Of a stretch of DNA of 64,000 nucleotides, positions 51,850 to 60,156 are shown piece after piece (position 1 is the stretch's first letter; the number at the start of each line of letters is the position of its first letter). This DNA is from Planctomycetia bacterium. Lineage in GTDB: Bacteria > Planctomycetota > Planctomycetia > Pirellulales > UBA1268. The notes below the pieces were generated by a model. It ran no database searches. It had not been told where the DNA came from and worked only from the letters and a program-made list of their open reading frames with translations. A program made the position numbers and the translations under genes. The stretch covers positions 18,214 through 82,213 of the forward strand of contig JBKDMX010000092.1 in the NCBI GenBank assembly GCA_046343855.1, written 5' to 3'.

Positions 51850-53307
51850 ATGAGTGACAGCCTTCTGCAGCGCAGCGTGACGACGGCGGTGGCCCGCAAT
51901 CTGGCCACGACGTCGAAGACCCGGCCGAGGATGATGTCGATCACGCCTCGGCATCTGCTCCATCTCCTGCCCTGGGTGCAGGTGGAGGGGGGCACCTACC
52001 GCGTCAATCGCACGAAGGTGGAGCTCTCGAAGGCGGAGCGGATCGAGATCAGCCCGGCGCCGGACGGACTGTCGTTTGCGCCTGGGGCGCTGCGGAGCGT
52101 GCCCCTCCTCGCGAAGCTGCCCGACTCGGTGCTCGAGCGGATGCAGCAGCGGTTTCGCACGGAGGAGGTGCCGCTCGGCAGCGACCTGCTCATCGAGGGG
52201 CAGGATCGCAGCACGTTCTTCGTGATCGCGCAGGGGCAGGTGGAGATTCTCTCGAAGGGGGCCCATGGCCGTGATCTGCGGGCGGCCCTGCTCACGGAAG
52301 GGGAGTTTTTCGGCGAGGTCGATCTGGTGAGCGACCGGCCGAGCGACATCACCGTGCGCACGATCACGCCCTGCGTGCTGCTCACGTTCTCGCGACGCGA
52401 TCTCGATGCCGTGCTCGATGAACTGCCGAACCTCCGCGACGATTTCAAGAAGGCGATCGACGAGCACCTCGAGCTGCGAAGCACCGTGAATCGCTATGGC
52501 GAGCGCAACATCGACCTCGTCAGCGGCTTCGCGGAAAACGTCGAGATCCCCGAGACGTTCGTCGATTACGCGGCCAACCCCCGGGAATATTCGCTCTCGG
52601 CGATCCAGACCGTGGTCCGCGTCCACACGCGGGTGTCGGACCTCTACAACGGGCCCTACGACCAGCTCGAGGAGCAGATTCGGCTCACGATCGAGGGGAT
52701 CAAGGAACGGCAGGAGTGGGATCTCATCAACAGCCAGCGGTTTGGGCTGTTGCATTCGGTCGATCCCGCGATGCGGATCAGCACGCGGTATGGGGCGCCC
52801 ACGCCCGACGATCTCGACGAACTGCTCGCGCTCGTCTGGAAGAAGCCGGCCTTCTTCCTGGCCCATCCCAAGGCGATCGCCGCCTTCGAGCGGGAGTGCA
52901 CGCGGCGCGGCGTTCCCCCCGTCACCACCATGCTCCACGGCACGCCCGTGATCATGTGGCGGGGAGTGCCGCTCGTGCCCTGCGACAAGCTCGAGGTGAA
53001 GAGCCGGTCGGGCTACAGCCAGTCGTTCGGCACGACGAGCATCCTGCTCTTGCGGGTGGGCGAGGCCGATCAGGGCGTGGTCGGCCTGCATCAGACGGGC
53101 ATTCCTGGCGAGATCATGCCGAGCCTGTCGGCGCGGCTGATGGGGCTCGACAGCCTGGGCGTGGCGTCATACCTGCTCACCAACTACTTCTCACTCGCCG
53201 TGCTCACCGACGACGCGCTCGGCGTGCTCGAGAACGTGGAGGTGGGCTATTACCACGACTACCGTTCCGATGGCCGTACGGCCTACGTCGAGGGATCGGG
53301 CATCTGA
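51850..53307 (+). CDS. Family 2B encapsulin shell protein (SrpI-like, with cNMP-binding-domain insertion)
   Basis: [31 protein letters not shown], inserted CBD (EGEFFGE), IPETFVDY...[43 protein letters not shown]. Confidence 0.92.
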   Translation: MSDSLLQRSVTTAVARNLATTSKTRPRMMSITPRHLLHLLPWVQVEGGTYRVNRTKVELSKAERIEISPAPDGLSFAPGALRSVPLLAKLPDSVLERMQQRFRTEEVPLGSDLLIEGQDRSTFFVIAQGQVEILSKGAHGRDLRAALLTEGEFFGEVDLVSDRPSDITVRTITPCVLLTFSRRDLDAVLDELPNLRDDFKKAIDEHLELRSTVNRYGERNIDLVSGFAENVEIPETFVDYAANPREYSLSAIQTVVRVHTRVSDLYNGPYDQLEEQIRLTIEGIKERQEWDLINSQRFGLLHSVDPAMRISTRYGAPTPDDLDELLALVWKKPAFFLAHPKAIAAFERECTRRGVPPVTTMLHGTPVIMWRGVPLVPCDKLEVKSRSGYSQSFGTTSILLLRVGEADQGVVGLHQTGIPGEIMPSLSARLMGLDSLGVASYLLTNYFSLAVLTDDALGVLENVEVGYYHDYRSDGRTAYVEGSGI

Positions 53308-54809
53308 TGCACGGCGCGGACGACATCACGAAGGCGGCCCGACAGCTGCTCGCCGACGCGGTCGCCGAGGGGAGTGCTGATCCGCCTTGCTTCCCCACGC
53401 CGGAGCCGCTCGCCCCGGCAGGGCCGCCATCGACCGACCTCTCGGGCGTGCGGGCATTCGTCAGCCGGATCCGCGGCCTTGATCATCTGCAACTCCCGCC
53501 GGTGCGGTTCGATCGGCCGCTCGCGCCCTCGACCGCCGCTGTGCCGCTTGGCCTGGTGGATGTCGGTGTCATCCGCCGCGATTTCCCGATCCTCCGCGAA
53601 CGGGTGCACGGCAAGCCGCTCGCCTGGTTCGACAATGCGGCCACGACGCAAAAACCGCAGGCGGTGATCGATGCCATCGCACACTTCTACACCCATGACA
53701 ACTCCAACATCCACCGCGGCGCCCACACGCTGGCCGCCCGGGCGACCGATGCCTACGAACACGCCCGCCAGACGGTGGCGACGTTTCTGGGCGCGAATGC
53801 CCCTGACGAGATTCTCTTCGTGCGTGGCTGCACCGAGGGGATCAACCTTGTGGCCAACATCCTCGCGCCGAGCCTCTCCCGCGGCGATGAGATCGTGCTC
53901 ACGGAACTCGAGCATCATGCCAACATCGTGCCCTGGCAGATGGTGGCGGAGCGGACCGGCGCGGTGATCCGCGTGGCCCCAATCGACGATCATGGCGACG
54001 TCGTCCTCGAGGCCTACGAGGGCCTGCTCTCGCCCCGCACGAAAGTCGTGTCGCTCTCACATGCCTCGAACAGCCTGGGGACGATCCTGCCGGTGGAGAT
54101 CATGACGGGGCTGGCGAAGGCCCGCGGCGCCCGCGTGCTCGTGGACGGCGCCCAGAGCGTGTCGCACTTCCCGGTGGACGTGCGCAGGATCGGCTGCGAT
54201 TTCTACGTCTTCTCCGGGCACAAGATCTTCGGGCCCACCGGCATCGGCGCCGTCTTCATGACGCAGGAGGCGCAAAGGGCGCTCCCGCCCTGGCAGGGTG
54301 GCGGCAACATGATCAAGGATGTCACCTTCGCCCACACGACCTACGCCGAGCCGCCGGCCAAGTTCGAGGCGGGCACGCCCAACATCGCCGACGCGATCGG
54401 CCTGGGAGCGGCGCTCGACTATGTCACGCGGCTCGGCCGCGAACAGATCGCCGCCTACGAGCACCACCTGCTCGACTACGCCACGGGAAAACTCACGGCG
54501 ATCGACGGCCTCCGGCTCATCGGCACGGCCCGGGAGAAGGTGGGCGTGCTGTCATTCGTGATTCCCGGTCTCGACCCGGTCGAGATCGGCAAGGCGCTCG
54601 ATCGCGAGGGGATCGCGGTGCGCGCCGGCCATCACTGTGCCCAGCCGTCGCTGCGGCACTTCGGCCTCGAGGCCACGGTGCGGCCGTCGCTGGCGTTTTA
54701 CAACACCACCGCCGAGATCGACCGGCTCGCCGATGCCGTGGCCGGGCTCGCCCGCGCGCCGCGGCGCCGCTACGACCGTTCGGAATCGCTGCTGCCGCCC
54801 GTCAGGTAG
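53307..54809 (+). CDS. SufS-type cysteine desulfurase with N-terminal extension (likely encapsulin cargo)
   Basis: FDNAATTQKP, SNIHRGAH, FSGHK (PLP Lys), FEAGTPNI, RAGHHCAQP; about 85-aa Pro/Ala-rich N-terminus; TGATG overlap with the shell gene. Confidence 0.93.
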   Translation: MHGADDITKAARQLLADAVAEGSADPPCFPTPEPLAPAGPPSTDLSGVRAFVSRIRGLDHLQLPPVRFDRPLAPSTAAVPLGLVDVGVIRRDFPILRERVHGKPLAWFDNAATTQKPQAVIDAIAHFYTHDNSNIHRGAHTLAARATDAYEHARQTVATFLGANAPDEILFVRGCTEGINLVANILAPSLSRGDEIVLTELEHHANIVPWQMVAERTGAVIRVAPIDDHGDVVLEAYEGLLSPRTKVVSLSHASNSLGTILPVEIMTGLAKARGARVLVDGAQSVSHFPVDVRRIGCDFYVFSGHKIFGPTGIGAVFMTQEAQRALPPWQGGGNMIKDVTFAHTTYAEPPAKFEAGTPNIADAIGLGAALDYVTRLGREQIAAYEHHLLDYATGKLTAIDGLRLIGTAREKVGVLSFVIPGLDPVEIGKALDREGIAVRAGHHCAQPSLRHFGLEATVRPSLAFYNTTAEIDRLADAVAGLARAPRRRYDRSESLLPPVR

Positions 54810-55468
54810 CTGGCGTAGTAGAGCAGCGTCAGCACACTCTGGAGCGTCGCGGCCACGTAGGTCCAAGCGGCTGCATTGAGCACGTTGTTGACGGCCGGCA
54901 TCTCATTCTGCGGCACGATGCCCAGGCTCACGAGCTGGGCCTTCGCTCGGTTGCTCGCGTCGATCTCCACCGGCAGGTTCACGAGTTGGAAGAAGACCGT
55001 GCCGGCGAAGAGCGCGATGCCTGCCCAGGCGAGGGCGGGAAACTGCATCATCAGGCCGATGACAAAAATCGTGATCCCGAATCCACTGCCGAGATTGGCG
55101 AGGTTTACCGCCGCATTGCGGACGGTCATGAGCGAGAAGCTCTGCGCGTCTTGCAGCGCGTGGCCGGCCTCGTGGGCCGCGATGCCCACGGCGGCGAGCG
55201 AACGGCTGCCGTAGACCGCCTCCGAAAGCCGCAGCACCTTCTTCTGCGGATCGTAGTGGTCGTTGAGCTTGCCCGGAATCGGCTCGATCTCGATATCGGT
55301 GGCGCCGGCCGAGTCGAGAATATGCCGCGCGGCCGCGGCGCCTGTCAGCGGCGCCGGCTCGTGCGAGGCGGCGGCAAACGCCGAATGCACCCGCCACTGG
55401 GCCCACATCGCCAGCAGCAGGGCGGGGGCAACGGCGATAAAGTAACCAGGGTCGAAAAAAATCGGCAT
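54770..55468 (-). CDS. Membrane zinc metallopeptidase (YugP-like)
   Basis: DHYDP..KVLRLS, AAHEAGHALQ (HExxH), LPVE.DAS.RA, VL.AAA.TYVAA. Confidence 0.9.
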   Translation of the reverse strand: MPIFFDPGYFIAVAPALLLAMWAQWRVHSAFAAASHEPAPLTGAAAARHILDSAGATDIEIEPIPGKLNDHYDPQKKVLRLSEAVYGSRSLAAVGIAAHEAGHALQDAQSFSLMTVRNAAVNLANLGSGFGITIFVIGLMMQFPALAWAGIALFAGTVFFQLVNLPVEIDASNRAKAQLVSLGIVPQNEMPAVNNVLNAAAWTYVAATLQSVLTLLYYASYLTGGSSDSERS

Positions 55469-55601
55469 CGGTTTTCGAAATACTCCTGCGAGAAAGTTCG
55501 TAGGTATTCTAGCAGTGGGCGGGTCCCCGGGGACCGATCCCCAATCCCCCGCCCCCCGGCGGTCCTCCCGCCTGACTGTCACCCGCACCCATCAACCAGA
55601 C

Positions 55602-56678
55602 ATGCCCTTCTACGTCGCCGCCGCCGGAACGGTTCGCCTCGCCGCGACGCTCTTTGTGTGGGTGGCGACGGCGGGAGGCCTGGCCGCCGCGGAGGCCACT
55701 GCCCTCTGTGACCGGATCGACCGTGCCCTCGCGCATGCCCGCGACAGCCGGCGGCTCGACGCGGGCGTTCATGGGGCCTGGCAGGTGGTGCACGGCATCC
55801 TCGCCTTCGGCCCCGAGTTTCCGCTGGCCGTCGATGGCAAGACGGTGCCCGCGCTCGACCACCTGCTCGGCGGCGGCGCGATCACCGGCTGGCGGCTGCG
55901 GCCCGGCGACCATGGCGTGATCGCGATCGTCGAGGAGGGGAGCACGACCGGCCAGGGGCATCCCGATCAATGGCTCGGCTATCTGTCGCAGTGTGGCACG
56001 ACCGGCATCCCGCTCGATACGACGCTCCACGTGGCCGGCCGCGACTTCACCGTGAAGGATCTGCTCACGCAGGCGCAGGCCGACATCCGCCCCGGCCAGG
56101 AGGCCACGTGGACGCTGATGGCGCTGGCCACCTATCTGCCGCCTGACGCGGCGTGGACGGCACGCGACGGCACGAAGTGGACGACCGAGCGAGTCGTGCG
56201 GATGGAGGCGGAGAACGATCTTTCCGCAAGTGCCTGCGGCGGCGCCCATCGGCTCTACGGTCTCGTGCTCGCACTGAAGAAACATCTGGCCGCGACCGGC
56301 ACGCCGCGCGAGCGGCTCACCGGTGGCTGGGCGATCGCAGCCGACGTGGTCGACGACGCGGTCGAGCGGGCGCGGGAATTCCAACAGGCCGACGGCAGCT
56401 TCTCGATCCATTCGTTCGATCGACCCGGCACGTCGGCCGACGTGTTTGCGAAAGTGAGCGCGACGGGGCATGTCTTCGAGGTGATCGTGGCAGCCCTCGA
56501 CGACCGGCGACTCGCCGAGCCCTGGGTGACGCGGGCGGCCGACCGGCTCGTCGGATTGCTGGAGCAGACCGCCGACATCGACCTGGAATGTGGCGGTCTG
56601 TACCACGCCGCCCACGGGCTCTTGCTTTACCGGCAGCGGGTGTGCCAAAACCCTGAAATATCCGCTCCGCCCCGTTGA
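55602..56678 (+). CDS. Conserved secreted hypothetical protein
   Basis: Signal-like N-terminus, WQVVHGILA.G, GQGHPDQWL, ACGG.H.L.G, LYHAAHGL; function unknown. Confidence 0.6.
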   Translation: MPFYVAAAGTVRLAATLFVWVATAGGLAAAEATALCDRIDRALAHARDSRRLDAGVHGAWQVVHGILAFGPEFPLAVDGKTVPALDHLLGGGAITGWRLRPGDHGVIAIVEEGSTTGQGHPDQWLGYLSQCGTTGIPLDTTLHVAGRDFTVKDLLTQAQADIRPGQEATWTLMALATYLPPDAAWTARDGTKWTTERVVRMEAENDLSASACGGAHRLYGLVLALKKHLAATGTPRERLTGGWAIAADVVDDAVERAREFQQADGSFSIHSFDRPGTSADVFAKVSATGHVFEVIVAALDDRRLAEPWVTRAADRLVGLLEQTADIDLECGGLYHAAHGLLLYRQRVCQNPEISAPPR

Positions 56679-56689
56679 GCCCGGGTTCC

Positions 56690-58192
56690 GTGCACGGCCT
56701 GATTTTTTTCTACATCCAGAAGTTTGCCGATGAGGCGTCCAAGGGCAACGCATCCTGGGATCCCCTGCGTTCGTCGGTCGCCACGACTTCAAAAAAGTAT
56801 CTGCCATCCGGCGTCTATCCCGACGCCGATGCCGTCCATCTCCTCCAGTCGATCGCCCAGTCAGCCGGCCGCCCGCTGCCGAACATCCTCGAACAGTTTG
56901 GCGAGTTTCTGGCGCCCCACCTCGTGAAGGTGGCCGGGACCCACATCGATCCTTCGTGGCGCACGCTCGACCTGATCGAGCACACCGAGGCGATCATCCA
57001 CGACATGATCCGCTCGGCAAACCCCGGGGCCGCGCCGCCGGTGCTCGAGACCGTCCGCCAGTCGCCCAACGAACTGCACCTCGTCTATACATCGGCCCGC
57101 CGGCTCTGCCCGCTGGCCCTTGGCCTGATGCGAGGGATGGCGAAGCACTACGGCGAGGAGATCGCGATCGAGGAGCCGTCGTGCATGCTCCGCGGCGACC
57201 CCTTCTGCTCGTTCGTGGTGCAGAGCCACGGGCACGAGACCCACACCGCGCGGTCGCCGATGTCAGAGACGATCCAGTTCCTCCAGCCCGACGACTCCGT
57301 GATGCCCACGCTCGCGGGACCACCGCTCCCGTCGGAACCCGCTCCTCGGCTGATGGCCCCGGATGAATCGATGCCGGCCACGATCGGCGGCTATACGGTT
57401 TTGAAGGTGATCGGCCAGGGGGGCATGGGCCGGGTCTATCTTGCCCGCGACGAGCGGCTCGACCGCGATGTCGCCATCAAGGTGCTGCACGTCACGAGAG
57501 CGGGTGATCGGGCCGCTCGCATGCGGTTTCTGCGGGAGGGACGGGCCGCGGCGGCGGTCGAGCACCCGCACGTGATGACGATCCATCAGGTGGGGGAAGA
57601 AAACGACCTGCCGTTCATCGTCATGCAGCGGCTCGAGGGCCAGACGCTCGGGCAATACCACGAACGGCTCGGCAGCGTCGCGCTGCCCGAGGTGCTCCGG
57701 ATCGGCCGGGAAGCGGCCGAGGGGCTCGCTGCCGCCCACAGTCTTGGACTCGTGCACCGCGACATCAAGCCCGACAACATCTTCCTCGCCGGCCCGACGC
57801 GGCAGGTAAAGATCATCGACTTCGGGCTCGCCCGCGATGCCGCCGAGCCCGGGGCGAAACTCACGCTGGAGGGCGCCGTGGTGGGCACGCCCGCCTACAT
57901 GTCGCCCGAGCGGATCGCCGAGCAGGAGATCGACGCCCGCGGCGACATCTTCGGTCTGGGAGTGATCCTCTACGAACTGCTCTCGAACCGGCTCCCCTTC
58001 GAGGGCAAGTCGATGGTGACGGTGCTGGCCGCAATCTCCCGCGGCACGCCCCCCAGGCTCCACGACATCGCCCCGACCGTGCCCGAGGCCGTCTGCAATC
58101 TCGTCATGCGGATGATCGCGCACGACAAGAACGACCGGCCCCAGACCGCCGCCGACGTGGCCGAAGAACTGGCCGCCCTCGCCCACCGGTAG
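56690..58192 (+). CDS. H-NOX (heme NO/O2-binding) domain fused to Hanks-type Ser/Thr kinase
   Basis: MHGLIF start, Y.D, FGEF, IH..IR...P.A.PP, YTSAR (YxSxR), C...GD..C; kinase GQGGMGRVY, VAIK, HRDIKPDN, DFG, GTPAYMSPE. Confidence 0.85.
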   Translation: MHGLIFFYIQKFADEASKGNASWDPLRSSVATTSKKYLPSGVYPDADAVHLLQSIAQSAGRPLPNILEQFGEFLAPHLVKVAGTHIDPSWRTLDLIEHTEAIIHDMIRSANPGAAPPVLETVRQSPNELHLVYTSARRLCPLALGLMRGMAKHYGEEIAIEEPSCMLRGDPFCSFVVQSHGHETHTARSPMSETIQFLQPDDSVMPTLAGPPLPSEPAPRLMAPDESMPATIGGYTVLKVIGQGGMGRVYLARDERLDRDVAIKVLHVTRAGDRAARMRFLREGRAAAAVEHPHVMTIHQVGEENDLPFIVMQRLEGQTLGQYHERLGSVALPEVLRIGREAAEGLAAAHSLGLVHRDIKPDNIFLAGPTRQVKIIDFGLARDAAEPGAKLTLEGAVVGTPAYMSPERIAEQEIDARGDIFGLGVILYELLSNRLPFEGKSMVTVLAAISRGTPPRLHDIAPTVPEAVCNLVMRMIAHDKNDRPQTAADVAEELAALAHR

Positions 58193-58210
58193 GGTAGGCT
58201 TCAGCCTGCC
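58189..58210. repeat. REP holding the stop codons of two convergent genes
   Basis: GTAGGGTAGGCTTCAGCCTGCC; TAG at 58190-58192 (+) and TCA at 58201-58203 (hisS stop, -). Confidence 0.78.
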
Positions 58211-59544
58211 AGCGGTGCGCCTGCCACCAGCAGCGACCGCACCGCGTCCACGAGCACGCGCAGGTCGCCGTGCCAATCGATCGTGGTGCTCGCCTGCGTC
58301 GCGAGGTTCTTGAACTGCGCCGTGCCGGCGGCGAATTCATCGCTGCCGATCACGAGCGCCGCCGGGAAGCCCCGCTTGGCGGCGAGCTTCAGCTGCTGCC
58401 CCACCCGCTTCGCCTCGGGGAAAAACTCGACGGCGATTCCGGACTGCCGCAGCGCCGCGGCGATCCGCAGGTAGTCGGCGAGGTGGGCCTCGTCGAAATG
58501 CACGAGAAACACGTTGGCCGGCGTCTCCACCAGTTCGAGCCGGCCGAGCTCCTCGAGGCCTGCGAGCAACCGGTCGATGCCGAGCGACGCCCCGACGCCC
58601 GGCAGCGATTGCTTCGTGTAGAGGCCGGCCAGGTTGTCATAGCGGCCGCCCGAGCAGATGCTGCCGAGCGACGGCAATTCGTCGAGAAAACTCTCGAGCA
58701 CGATGCCGGTGTAGTAGTCGAGCCCGCGGGCGATCGACGGATCGATGACCACGCGGCCCTCGGCCACGCCGGCCTGTGCGACACCGTCGAGCAACTGCCG
58801 CAGCGCAGCAACACCGGCCCGCCCCGCTTCCGAATCGCCCGCGATCCGCTCGAGCGCCGCGAGCACGTCGGCCGGCGGGCCGGCCAGCTGCGCGAGCGCC
58901 AGGAGCTTCGCGGCGGCCTCCGGCGCGACGCCGTGCGCCTCGAGTTCCGCCCGCACCGCGTCGGGCGTCGCCTTGCCGAGCTTGTCGAGCGACCGCAAGA
59001 CATCGGTGGAACGGCCGGCCAGGCCGAGCGCCGCGAGCACGCCGGAGAGCACGCGGCGGTCGTTGACACGAATCGTAAACCGCTCGATGCCGATCGCGCG
59101 GAGCAGGTCGTGCACGACGAGCACCATCTCGAGATCGGCCACGGGGCTCGTCGTGCCGATCGTGTCGAAGTCGCACTGCATGAACTCGCGAGACCGGCCG
59201 CGCTGCGTGTTTTCACCGCGCCAGACCGTGGCCATGTGGTAGCGCTTGAAGGGCGTGCCGAGCGTGGCGATGTGCTGCGCGCAAAACCGCGCGAAGGGCA
59301 CCGTCAGGTCGAACCGCATGCCCACGTCGCGGCCGCCGTGGTCGGTGAAGCGGTAGAGTTGCTTGTCGGTCTCCTCGCTCCCCTTCCCCGTGAGAATCTC
59401 GAGGTATTCCAGCGCCGGCGTGTCGATCGGCGCGAAGCCGTAGGAGCGGTAGACGCGGCGGGCCGTGTCGAGGATTTTTTCGCGGGCGAGCGCCTGCGCC
59501 GGCAGGTGGTCGCGAAAGCCCTTGAGCGTGCGCGGTTCGATCAT
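58201..59544 (-). CDS. hisS: Histidine--tRNA ligase
   Basis: LKGFRD, RFDLTVPFAR, GR.REF.QCDFD, ARGLDYYTG, GGRYD.L, G.S.G.DRL. Confidence 0.96.
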   Translation of the reverse strand: MIEPRTLKGFRDHLPAQALAREKILDTARRVYRSYGFAPIDTPALEYLEILTGKGSEETDKQLYRFTDHGGRDVGMRFDLTVPFARFCAQHIATLGTPFKRYHMATVWRGENTQRGRSREFMQCDFDTIGTTSPVADLEMVLVVHDLLRAIGIERFTIRVNDRRVLSGVLAALGLAGRSTDVLRSLDKLGKATPDAVRAELEAHGVAPEAAAKLLALAQLAGPPADVLAALERIAGDSEAGRAGVAALRQLLDGVAQAGVAEGRVVIDPSIARGLDYYTGIVLESFLDELPSLGSICSGGRYDNLAGLYTKQSLPGVGASLGIDRLLAGLEELGRLELVETPANVFLVHFDEAHLADYLRIAAALRQSGIAVEFFPEAKRVGQQLKLAAKRGFPAALVIGSDEFAAGTAQFKNLATQASTTIDWHGDLRVLVDAVRSLLVAGAPLAG

Positions 59545-60038
59545 GAGACGATCGGCAAAAGCGCCGGCTTCGGGCCGCGGATCGATGTGGTGCGGTTTTT
59601 CTTTTTGCGGCCGTCGCCGACGTACTCGCCACCGGGGCCGAGGACGGCGTCCATGTATTCCTCGACCTGCTCGGCGGTCTCGAAATATTGGTCGTAGACC
59701 CAGTCGTCTTCGTATTCGCAGTCTTTCGTCGTGTAGTCGCGGCAGATCTGCGGGCGGGTCTCGTAGATGCCGCAGCGGTGGTCGTCCTGGAGGTGCTTGC
59801 AGACGGTGTGGACACAGACATACCAATCGCCGTCTTCGGTGAAGACGGTGGCATGGTCGTGGACCAGAAACCAGCGGATGTATTCAAACTCCTCGCGGGT
59901 GGTCGGCGTCTCGAGCGGCAGCGCGAAGTAGCGGCAGCACTTTGCCGTGCAGTATTCGCAGAGCACCTTGTCTTTCGGCACGTCGTCCCGCTTGGGCTTC
60001 TTGGGGAGCGGCGGGAACGTGATCTCGGCGACCGACAT
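59541..60038 (-). CDS. YkgJ family cysteine-cluster protein
   Basis: CEYCTAKCC, CKHL, CGIYETRPQICRDY. Confidence 0.88.
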   Translation of the reverse strand: MSVAEITFPPLPKKPKRDDVPKDKVLCEYCTAKCCRYFALPLETPTTREEFEYIRWFLVHDHATVFTEDGDWYVCVHTVCKHLQDDHRCGIYETRPQICRDYTTKDCEYEDDWVYDQYFETAEQVEEYMDAVLGPGGEYVGDGRKKKNRTTSIRGPKPALLPIVS

Positions 60039-60156
60039 GCAAATCTCCTTGCTGAAAACCGGCACGGCTCGTGCTGGGCGAGCAATATACCAACCCCGGC
60101 GCACCCCGCCCGCGATGCCATATACTGCCCCGACTTTTCCGAAGGGATTCGGCCCC

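Noticed and set aside
52716-53306. 697-aa desulfurase start given by the ORF track, or a shell-cargo frameshift fusion
   Set aside because: The upstream part overlaps the shell gene in another frame; the TGATG junction at 53305-53309 is ordinary translational coupling and no slippery site is evident.
51850-53307. Prophage capsid or Crp-family regulator
   Set aside because: No terminase, portal or tail genes and no Crp HTH; motifs and the adjacent desulfurase fit a Family 2B encapsulin.
54770-54809. 40-bp convergent overlap of desulfurase and peptidase genes
   Set aside because: Short 3' overlaps are common in high-GC genomes; both C-terminal tails look non-conserved.
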